Part shown: positions 1-8,122 of the stretch, one piece after another
Layout of the letters: the number at the start of each line of letters is the position of its first letter
Numbering within the stretch: the first letter of the stretch is position 1
NCBI GenBank assembly: GCA_038207175.1
Contig: JBBRAD010000016.1
Coordinates: 14,726-78,725, forward strand
Reading direction: 5' to 3'
From: Chitinophagales bacterium
GTDB lineage: Bacteria > Bacteroidota > Bacteroidia > Chitinophagales > Chitinophagaceae
DNA length: 64,000 nucleotides
The notes under the pieces: model-generated
Database searches by the model: none
What the model saw: only the letters and a program-made list of their open reading frames with translations
What the model was told of the DNA's origin: nothing
Made by a program: the position numbers and the translations under genes

Positions 1-374
1 CCATTCAGGATTATACAGAAAAAAAGCATGGCTATGGTGTGGTACGTGAACTGGTTGGCCACGGGCTTGGAAGAAGCCTGCATGAAGACCCGCAGGTACC
101 TAATTATGGAAAGCGCGGCAGCGGACCCAAACTTAAAGAGAATGCGGTGCTTGCCATAGAGCCGATGATAAATATGGGCACTAAAGATGTGTACACAGAA
201 GATGATGGATGGACCGTAAGGACACGCGATGGCAAACCATCTGTACATTTTGAACATGATGTGTGCGTGAAAAAAAATAAAGCACTGATATTGTCTGATT
301 ACAGCATTATTGAAGAAGCAGAACAGTCAAATGTAAACCTCAATACAAATTATTATGTTGCCAGCCCTGTTTAA
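1..374 (+). CDS. map: Type I methionine aminopeptidase, C-terminal part (5' end outside window)
   Basis: Frame 3 is open from the window edge. The translation IQDYTEKKHGYGVVRELVGHGLGRSLHEDP...AIEPMIN...VHFEHDV matches the conserved MetAP-I metal-binding core. Confidence 0.9.
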   Translation, partial: IQDYTEKKHGYGVVRELVGHGLGRSLHEDPQVPNYGKRGSGPKLKENAVLAIEPMINMGTKDVYTEDDGWTVRTRDGKPSVHFEHDVCVKKNKALILSDYSIIEEAEQSNVNLNTNYYVASPV

Positions 375-391
375 CCGGGGCTTTTTATTTT

Positions 392-1624
392 ATGCAGGAA
401 AGAAAACATCTTGTGGTTATTGGAGGCGGGGCAGCCGGTTTTTTTTGTGCAGTAAATGCAGCAAGGTTAAATCCATCTCTTCGGGTTACCATAATTGAAA
501 AAAGCAGCAAATTATTATCAAAAGTAAAAGTGAGTGGCGGCGGGCGCTGCAATGTAACGCATGCCTGTTTTGAAATAACGGAACTTGTAAAAAAATATCC
601 CCGGGGGCAAAATTTTTTAAAGAAAGCATTTCACTGGTTTAATACTGGTGATACAGTAAAATGGTTTGAGGAACGCGGCGCAGAACTGAAAACAGAAGTG
701 GATGGAAGAATGTTTCCTGTTACAGACAATTCAAATACCATCATTAAATGCCTGCTGCAGGAAGCTGATAAGTATGGTGTTAAAATTTTAATGAGTACAG
801 AAGTATTAAACGTTTCAAAGCAAAATGATCTATTTCATTTACAAACTTCAGACCCAAAACCTCAAACTGCAAACTTTCTTTGCATAGCCTGCGGTGGTTA
901 TTCCAAATCTTCTCAATTTGAATGGATAAAACAATTAACCCATACGGTTGAAAAACCCGTGCCATCTTTATTTACATTTAATATGCCCGGAAATACAATT
1001 ACAGCGTTAATGGGTGTAACGGTGGAACATGCAGGGATAAAGATTCCGGGTACAAAATTCTTGCAGGAAGGCTCTTTGTTAATTACGCATTGGGGAATGA
1101 GCGGACCGGCAGTGCTGAAATTATCCGCATGGGCAGCGCGTGAACTGGCACTATATAATTACAGGTTTGCAATAATAATAAATTGGTTGCCTGTTTACAA
1201 CGAACAAAGTTTGCAGGAGGCATGGCTGTTGCTGCATACTCAATTTGCTTCAAACAGAATTTCTTCAAAAAATCCTTTTGGTTTACCACAGCGGCTGTGG
1301 TTGCATTTTCTGGCTCACTGTGAAATTACCCCGGAATTACGCTGGGGTGAACTGAGTGCAAAGAACCGGAATAAACTTATTCAAACCCTTACAGCACAAA
1401 CGTTCCTGGTGAACGGCAAAACCACGTTCAAAGAAGAATTTGTAACCTGCGGGGGAATAAAACTTCCTGAGATTGATGCCAATACCATGCAAAGTAAAAT
1501 AGTCCCGCATCTTTTTTTTGCAGGGGAAGTGATGGATGCGGACGGAATTACGGGCGGTTTTAATTTTCAGCATGCATGGACAAGCGGCTGGATTGCTGCT
1601 AAGAATATTGCAGAAAGAGCGTAA
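392..1624 (+). CDS. NAD(P)/FAD-dependent oxidoreductase, BaiN/YhiN (HI0933-like) flavoprotein family
   Basis: 410-aa ORF with an N-terminal dinucleotide-binding motif (VIGGGAAGFF). It also has SGGGRCNVTH and a C-terminal GEVMDADGITGGFNFQ, both typical of HI0933-like flavoproteins. Confidence 0.85.
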   Translation: MQERKHLVVIGGGAAGFFCAVNAARLNPSLRVTIIEKSSKLLSKVKVSGGGRCNVTHACFEITELVKKYPRGQNFLKKAFHWFNTGDTVKWFEERGAELKTEVDGRMFPVTDNSNTIIKCLLQEADKYGVKILMSTEVLNVSKQNDLFHLQTSDPKPQTANFLCIACGGYSKSSQFEWIKQLTHTVEKPVPSLFTFNMPGNTITALMGVTVEHAGIKIPGTKFLQEGSLLITHWGMSGPAVLKLSAWAARELALYNYRFAIIINWLPVYNEQSLQEAWLLLHTQFASNRISSKNPFGLPQRLWLHFLAHCEITPELRWGELSAKNRNKLIQTLTAQTFLVNGKTTFKEEFVTCGGIKLPEIDANTMQSKIVPHLFFAGEVMDADGITGGFNFQHAWTSGWIAAKNIAERA

Positions 1625-1990
1625 ACATGTAAAAAATACATTTTAAAAATATTTTTCCCCTAAATATTTTTTTTCACAAAAATCTTCTACATTCACGCTG
1701 CATTTTTAACCGCAACTATTGTGTACATGAGAAAATCTTTGTTCCCCCACAAAGAAAAATTGATAAATAGTATGCTGTTTAATTGTAGTTGTGCGGCTTT
1801 ATTTTTTCAGCTTACCCTTGTTTTTATTGTCCCGTAATTTTTAATTTTTTATTGTTATTCTTTTGTGTATTGAAATTTATATGTATCACTTGCCAATTCA
1901 ATTAACGAATGTTTGTTATTAATTTGACAGGCTTCCAAAAAAATATTAAAATCTGTTTTATTATTTTTTAACCAAAACAAAACAAAATCA

Positions 1991-4900
1991 ATGAAAAGGA
2001 GAATCCTTACACTTTCTTTGCTTGCTTTAAGCATGCATGCAATTTCCCAAAACACACTTCGCCAAACTATACGGGGGGAACGAGGGGTATCAAAACATTT
2101 TGTCACCATTGCAGAAAACCAGCAGCAAACATTTAATGCGGCTGACGCCGGTAAAACATTTGGCATTGATGCAAAGTCAAATCTTGTATTAATGAATGCA
2201 GAAGCGGATAAATTAGGCTGCACGCATTACAGGTATTATCAAACCTACAGCGGCATACCCGTTGAAAACTCAATGTATATTGTTCATACAAAAGCAGGAA
2301 AGCTTACGGGTATGAGCGGTTCTGTTGTAACAGATTTTGATCCGCAGACAGATGCGCGGATGTCAGCATCAATTTCTTCTGCACAGGCAATTAATGCAGC
2401 TGTAAAATATACAAGGGCAGAAAAATTTGCATGGGAAGACCCTAAAATGGAGCAGCGCATAAAAATGCAAACCGGAAAATCAAATGCAACATATTATCCA
2501 ACCGCAGTAAAAGTATGGTACAATGCCGGGGACGAAATTTCGCCACGCGAACTCCGCCTGTGTTACAAAGTAGATGTATATACTTTAAAACCATTTGACC
2601 GTAAATTTATTTTTGTTGATGCGCAAACCGGCCAGGTACTTGGCACGAAAGCCGAAATGGAAGCAAGCGATGCCACCGGTACAGCCAATACGCAATACAG
2701 CGGCAGTCAAACCATTCACAGCGATTTGAATGGCAGCAGTTACCGGTTGCGTGATCTGACAAAAGGCAATGGCATCATTACTTTGAATGCAACGGGTAAT
2801 GCAGATTACACAAATACAACAGCCAATTGGAATTTGACCGGGCAAAACCAGCATGCAATGGATGTGCATTGGGGAGTAGAAAAAACTTATGAGTTTTATA
2901 AAACTACTTTTAACCGCAACAGTGTTGACAACAATGGCTTTGCACTTACAAGTTATGTAAATGACGGTGAAATTGATAACGCGCATTGGGATGGTTCTGC
3001 CATGAATTACGGCGTCCGTTCGGGTACACAGAACGGTGTTACCGGTATTGACGTTACCGGGCATGAATTAACGCATGGTGTTACACAAAATACATCAGCG
3101 CTTAATTATTCAAATGAGTCAGGAGCCATGAACGAAAGCATGAGCGATATTATGGGCAAATCAGTTCAGTTTTTTGCAAAGCCATCTGATATTAGCTGGA
3201 TATTAAGCAATGATATGAATTGGGAAATACGCAGTTTCTCAAATCCAAATGCAGATGGTCAGCCTGATACATACAAAGGCACTAACTGGTATTCCGGAAC
3301 AGGTGATAACGGAGGTGTACACACTAACAGCGGTGTGGGCAATTATATGTTTTATTTGCTGGTAACAGGAGGAAGCGGAACCAATGATAAAGGAAATGCG
3401 TTCAGCGTAACAGGCATTGGTATAAGCGAAGCAGACCAGATCCTTTACCGTACAGAAACAGTTTATCTTACTGCCACTTCACAATATGCGGATTGGCGTA
3501 CGGCATGTATTAATGCAGCTACTGATTTATATGGTGCATCTTCCAACGAAGTAATACAGGCAGAAAATGCTTGGTATGCAGTAGGCATAGGAACAGCAGG
3601 CGGTGGTGGCGGAGGATGCGGTACACCAACGGGTTTAGCTTCATCATCAATCACTTCATCAACAGCAACAGTAAGCTGGGCAGCAGTGAGCGGGGCTACC
3701 TCATACAATCTTCAATATAAAATTTCTTCTTCATCCACCTGGACAACGGTTTCCATTTCAGGAACATCTTACAGTCTTACTGGTTTAACTGCAAGCACCA
3801 CATATAATTACCAGGTGCAAGCAGTTTGTGCAAGCGGTAATTCTGCTTATTCTGCAGCATCTTCATTTACTACAGGCACCGGCGGAATTACATACTGCAC
3901 TTCAAAAGGTGCTACCACTTACGAATACATCAATAAAGTTGCTGCAGGTTCTATCAGTAACACAAGCGGAAACAATAGCGGGTACGGTGATTATACAAGC
4001 CTGAGCACTTCGATGGCGCAGGGTTCATCAAACACTATTACATTAACTCCAGGTTTTGCAAGTTCATCTTACACTGAATACTGGACTGTTTATATTGATT
4101 ATAACCACAATGGTTTATTTACTGATGCAGGTGAAACAGTTGCAACCGGAAGCGGTACAGGAGCAGTTTCAAAATCATTTACTGTTCCTGCTGCTGCTAC
4201 AGTTGCTGCTACACGTATGCGCATACAAATGCATTACGGAAGTTCAAGCACCAACCCATGCGCAACTTTAGATTATGGCGAGGTGGAAGAATATACTGTA
4301 AATATTACTGCCGGCACTGCTGCATGCAATGTGCCCGCAGGATTAGCAGCAGGGAGCATTACCAGTACGAGCGCAGCATTATCATGGACATCAACAGGCG
4401 CAGCCAGCTATAACCTGCAATGGAAACTTTCTTCTTTGTCCACATGGACAACGGTAAGCGCATTAACAGCAACATCTTACAACCTTACAGGTTTAACTGC
4501 GAGCACAGCTTACCAGTTCGAGGTGCAGAGTGTATGCAGTGCAGGCAGCAGTGCATACAGCAGCCCTGTTTCATTTACCACATCAAGCGGAACGGTTACA
4601 TATTGTGCTTCAAAAGGAACAAGCACAACGTATGAGTACATTAATAAAGTTGCATTAGGCTCTATCAGCAACACCAGCGGAAACAACAGCGGTTATGGTA
4701 ATTATACAAGCCTGAGTACCACACTTGCTGCGGGCACTGCAAATACCATTACACTTACACCGGGATTTGCAAGCTCGTCTTATACTGAATACTGGACCGT
4801 GTACATCGATTACAACCAAAACGGCGTATTTACCGATGCCGGGGAAACTGTTGCCACCGGAAGCGGAACCGGCGCTGTTTCAAAATCATTTACTGCGCCA

Positions 4901-5326
4901 ACTACTGCAAAGAATGGTGCCACACGTATGCGCATACAAATGCATTATGGAAGCTCCAGCACCAATTCATGCGCTACTTTGGATTATGGCGAAGTGGAAG
5001 ATTATACGGTGAATATTACAGGCGGTTCATTACATTTTGCATCCAAAACAGATGCGGCGCAACCTTTTCTTTCTGTTTCACCCAATCCGGTTAGCGGTTC
5101 CAATGCTGTGGTTAATTACACTGTAGCATCTGATGGAAAAGTAACAATGAAATTGGTTGATATGTTTGGCCGCGCCAGTCAAACTGCTGAACTGGGTAAC
5201 CAAAATGCAGGTGTACACATATATAGTTTTACACGTATGCAGGATTTAACTGCGGGCATTTACTTTATTGTGCTTGAGCAGGATAATAAAATGATTGCAA
5301 AAACAAGAATCGTGGTTTCACGTTAA
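1991..5326 (+). CDS. Secreted M4 (thermolysin-like) zinc metalloprotease with 2x(FN3+GEVED) modules and a T9SS C-terminal sorting domain
   Basis: 1111-aa ORF with a signal peptide and a propeptide-like N-terminal region. Zinc motif HELTH (3062..3076) plus a downstream NESMSD glutamate ligand. A Gly6 linker precedes two FN3-like plus GEVED (YGEVEE/YGEVED) modules. The last ~85 aa (SVSPNPVSG...IVVSR) resemble the Por_Secre_tail domain. Confidence 0.85.
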   Translation: MKRRILTLSLLALSMHAISQNTLRQTIRGERGVSKHFVTIAENQQQTFNAADAGKTFGIDAKSNLVLMNAEADKLGCTHYRYYQTYSGIPVENSMYIVHTKAGKLTGMSGSVVTDFDPQTDARMSASISSAQAINAAVKYTRAEKFAWEDPKMEQRIKMQTGKSNATYYPTAVKVWYNAGDEISPRELRLCYKVDVYTLKPFDRKFIFVDAQTGQVLGTKAEMEASDATGTANTQYSGSQTIHSDLNGSSYRLRDLTKGNGIITLNATGNADYTNTTANWNLTGQNQHAMDVHWGVEKTYEFYKTTFNRNSVDNNGFALTSYVNDGEIDNAHWDGSAMNYGVRSGTQNGVTGIDVTGHELTHGVTQNTSALNYSNESGAMNESMSDIMGKSVQFFAKPSDISWILSNDMNWEIRSFSNPNADGQPDTYKGTNWYSGTGDNGGVHTNSGVGNYMFYLLVTGGSGTNDKGNAFSVTGIGISEADQILYRTETVYLTATSQYADWRTACINAATDLYGASSNEVIQAENAWYAVGIGTAGGGGGGCGTPTGLASSSITSSTATVSWAAVSGATSYNLQYKISSSSTWTTVSISGTSYSLTGLTASTTYNYQVQAVCASGNSAYSAASSFTTGTGGITYCTSKGATTYEYINKVAAGSISNTSGNNSGYGDYTSLSTSMAQGSSNTITLTPGFASSSYTEYWTVYIDYNHNGLFTDAGETVATGSGTGAVSKSFTVPAAATVAATRMRIQMHYGSSSTNPCATLDYGEVEEYTVNITAGTAACNVPAGLAAGSITSTSAALSWTSTGAASYNLQWKLSSLSTWTTVSALTATSYNLTGLTASTAYQFEVQSVCSAGSSAYSSPVSFTTSSGTVTYCASKGTSTTYEYINKVALGSISNTSGNNSGYGNYTSLSTTLAAGTANTITLTPGFASSSYTEYWTVYIDYNQNGVFTDAGETVATGSGTGAVSKSFTAPTTAKNGATRMRIQMHYGSSSTNSCATLDYGEVEDYTVNITGGSLHFASKTDAAQPFLSVSPNPVSGSNAVVNYTVASDGKVTMKLVDMFGRASQTAELGNQNAGVHIYSFTRMQDLTAGIYFIVLEQDNKMIAKTRIVVSR
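3617..5020 (+). repeat. In-frame tandem duplication (2 units, period 708 nt = 236 aa) inside the protease gene
   Basis: Unit 1 (3617..4324, CGTPTGLASSSITS...YGEVEEYTVNITAGTAA) and unit 2 (4325..5020, CNVPAGLAAGSITS...YGEVEDYTVNIT) align colinearly along their whole length with high identity. Confidence 0.9.
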
Positions 5327-5345
5327 ATCAATTGCTGATTTTTTA

Positions 5346-5379
5346 AATAACCGTCCCGGTTTTTACGGGACGGTTATTT
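5346..5379 (+). terminator. Rho-independent terminator after the first M4 protease
   Basis: Perfect hairpin AACCGTCCCG-gtttttac-CGGGACGGTT followed by a T-rich tract, 20 nt past the stop codon. Confidence 0.7.
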
Positions 5380-5734
5380 ATAATTTTATTTGGTTGCGGT
5401 TTTTGTTTTTATTCCATTCATAATTTTTTTAAGAACTCAATGAATGCCGCAATGTGGCGCTATAAATGATTAACCGTGATTCAAATGGCCGGTACATAAA
5501 CAAAAAATTTACTTCCCTCAGAAGCTGTTTAAAAATGATTCTACAAAATGCTTATTGCATTAAAAAGTTCGCGGTAAGGTAAGAGCCACCGGCAGAATAA
5601 CCTCAATTGCTCCTACAGTTACCGCAAGTGTCAGGCTGATTTTTGTTTTGAAAGCGCATGAGTGGAAAGTTATGGTCGTAACTTTAAAAGAAAGGTATCC
5701 GGATTACAGATGGAGTATGGCTAATACATTATTG

Positions 5735-5839
5735 CTATAGGGTTACTATGAAGTTATCAGGGATGTACTATAAGGTTACTATGAAGCAACGTCCCTGTAA
5801 GGTCTCTATAACATCCCTATAAGGTCTCTATAAGGTCTC
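5735..5839. repeat. Cluster of short direct repeats (CTATARGGTTACTATGAAG x2; CTRTAAGGTCTC x3) in a 777-bp ORF-free spacer
   Basis: Copies start at 5735, 5768, 5795, 5817 and 5828, giving spacings of 33, 27, 22 and 11 bp. The core TATAAGGT recurs five times. Confidence 0.6.
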
Positions 5840-6103
5840 TGAATGATTGGATGAGAATGAGCTGACAGAGTATATTTTGAGAAATACCCATTGGGTACAC
5901 ATGTACTGCATCAAATTAATAATAATTTCTGTAAGGACAAAGGAATTTCATTCTTTATTTTTATTGTTTTTTTGACCTGACCGGATATGGCTTCTTTGAA
6001 GAAATCTATTTTTAGACTGTTTCTTACAAAACCAATAGACTTTTTGCCTATATCTTTAATTCTTTTATTTTTCTTTAAATAATCAAATCAAAAAACAACG
6101 CTA

Positions 6104-8002
6104 ATGAAAAAACAAATTTTTACACTTGCAGCGCTTGCTTTAGCATTCGGCGCATGGTCTCAAAGCAATCTTCGCCAAACAATACGCGGCGAACAGGGGA
6201 TATCAAAACATTTTGTGGATTTTACTGCAGGGCAACAGGTCGCTTTCTCCACGTTACAGGCCAAAAATATTTTTGGCATAGATCCTAATTCAGATCTTGT
6301 TTTAATAAACACTGAAAAAGATCAACTGGGACAAATACACTACCGATTTTATCAAAACTACAAAGGCATTCCGGTAGAAAATTCAATGTATATAGCTCAT
6401 ACAGGTTCAGGAAAATTAACCGGGGCCAGTGGCTCCATTGTGGTTGACTTTGATGCTTCCATGGCTTTTAAAACAAGTGTTACCCTTACTGCACAGCAGG
6501 CAATTGATGCAGCACTGAAAAATGTAAATGCACAGCAGTATATGTGGCAGGATGCAGGTATGGAACAGCGGATAAAGGAAGAAACCGGTAATACAAAATC
6601 AACATATTATCCCGCTGCAAAATTAGTGTGGTATAATGCAGGTGATGACATCAGCCCAAAAGACCTGCGCCTTGCTTTCAAAGTTGATATATATGCCGAA
6701 CGGCCGCTTAGCCGTGCTGATTATTTTATTGACGCAAAAACAGGTGCTCTGCTCGGGAAAAATGACAGGATGTATTATTCAGATGCTACCGGTACTGCTA
6801 ATACTGAATACAGCGGCACACAAACCATTCACAGTGATTTAAGCGGCGGTACTTATAAACTTCACGATTTAACGAGGGGCAATGGTGTTTTTACTTACAA
6901 AGGAAACAGCAATACAGATTATACAAGCACTTCTGCCAACTGGAACCTTACAGGACAGGACCAGCATGCCATGGATGTACATTGGGGCATTGAAGAAACT
7001 TATGATTTTTATGAAACAACTTTTAACCGCAACAGCCTTGACAACAGCGGGCTTGCATTAAAAGGTCATGCCAATGACGGAGAAATAAACAATGCACACT
7101 GGGATGGAAGCGCTATGTATTTCGGTGTACGTTCCGGTTCAAATAATGGCGTAACCGGAATTGATGTTACCGGCCATGAGTTAACACACGGCGTTACGCA
7201 ATATACCTGCAACCTTAATTATTCCGGCGAATCGGGCGGCATGAATGAAAGCATGAGCGATATTATGGGCAAGTCTGTTCAGTTTTTTGCAAAGCCTTCT
7301 GATATTAACTGGCAACTGAGCAATGATATGGGATGGATTATACGTGACATGAGCAACCCCAAATTAGAGCATCAGCCGGATTGTGTTGGCGGCCAGTATT
7401 GGAAAGCGAATGCTGATGTACATATTTTAAGCGGTGTTGGTAATTTTCTTTATTACCTGCTCGTAAATGGGAAAAAAGGAACAAATGATTTGGGCAACGC
7501 ATATAAAGTAAAAGGCATTGGATTAGCAGAAGCAGAACAGATAATTTACCGCACAGAAACTGTATATCTAACAAAAACTTCAAAATATGCTGACTGGCGC
7601 ATAGCCTGCATAAATGCAGCCACTGATTTATATGGCGCCACATCTAAAGAAGTAAAAACAGTAAAAAATGCATGGTATGCTGTGGGCGTGGGTACTGCGG
7701 CATTCGATGATGTATATACAATTGCTGATGCTAAGGCTACCCTTTCCATTTCACCCAATCCTGTTTCAGGATCGGCTGCTTCAATAAGTTATTCCATAGC
7801 AAAAACCGGTAACATTCTTGTGAAAGTGGTTGACCTGAATGGCCGCGCTTATACACAGGATGTAAATTTAGGAATCCAGGATGCAGGCGCACATTCTTAT
7901 ACTTTAAATAACCTTGCAAAATTGCCAACAGGTTCTTATGAAATGATAGTACAGGAAAATGGCGCATTAGTTGCAAGAACAAGATTTTTGATTTCACATT
8001 AA
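6104..8002 (+). CDS. Secreted M4 (thermolysin-like) zinc metalloprotease with a T9SS C-terminal sorting domain (paralog of 1991..5326, no FN3/GEVED insert)
   Basis: 632-aa ORF that is colinear with and highly similar to the first ~540 aa of the upstream protease. It has HELTH and NESMSD motifs, and its C-terminus (SISPNPVSG...RFLISH) is Por_Secre_tail-like. Confidence 0.85.
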   Translation: MKKQIFTLAALALAFGAWSQSNLRQTIRGEQGISKHFVDFTAGQQVAFSTLQAKNIFGIDPNSDLVLINTEKDQLGQIHYRFYQNYKGIPVENSMYIAHTGSGKLTGASGSIVVDFDASMAFKTSVTLTAQQAIDAALKNVNAQQYMWQDAGMEQRIKEETGNTKSTYYPAAKLVWYNAGDDISPKDLRLAFKVDIYAERPLSRADYFIDAKTGALLGKNDRMYYSDATGTANTEYSGTQTIHSDLSGGTYKLHDLTRGNGVFTYKGNSNTDYTSTSANWNLTGQDQHAMDVHWGIEETYDFYETTFNRNSLDNSGLALKGHANDGEINNAHWDGSAMYFGVRSGSNNGVTGIDVTGHELTHGVTQYTCNLNYSGESGGMNESMSDIMGKSVQFFAKPSDINWQLSNDMGWIIRDMSNPKLEHQPDCVGGQYWKANADVHILSGVGNFLYYLLVNGKKGTNDLGNAYKVKGIGLAEAEQIIYRTETVYLTKTSKYADWRIACINAATDLYGATSKEVKTVKNAWYAVGVGTAAFDDVYTIADAKATLSISPNPVSGSAASISYSIAKTGNILVKVVDLNGRAYTQDVNLGIQDAGAHSYTLNNLAKLPTGSYEMIVQENGALVARTRFLISH

Positions 8003-8027
8003 TTACTGAAGTTTTTTATAAATAATA

Positions 8028-8058
8028 AACCGCCGCAACATAAAATTGCGGCGGTTTT
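8028..8058. terminator. Bidirectional hairpin terminator between convergent genes
   Basis: AAACCGCCGCAA-cataaaa-TTGCGGCGGTTT flanked by an A-run and a T-run. It lies between the protease stop (8002, +) and the TonB-dependent receptor stop (8123, -). Confidence 0.7.
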
Positions 8059-8122
8059 ATTTTACACCTGCTTTTGCATTAATTATAAGCTGCATTCCTT
8101 ACATATTCAAAAGCTTTTGATT

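Noticed and set aside
3597-3616. A GGN-rich run encoding Gly6 (and PPPPPP on the antisense strand) as a possible microsatellite or phase-variation tract.
   Set aside because: The codons are mixed (GGC/GGT/GGA), so this is not a pure homopolymer or simple repeat. It reads as an ordinary flexible linker between the catalytic domain and the first FN3 module.
2585-5012. Several ORFs of 70 to 160 aa on both strands inside the first protease gene (for example 2585..3064, 3463..3708, 4056..4271, 4725..5012).
   Set aside because: All are nested in or antisense to a 1111-aa ORF with clear M4 protease, FN3 and GEVED similarity. Two of them are simply the duplicated module read in a wrong frame.
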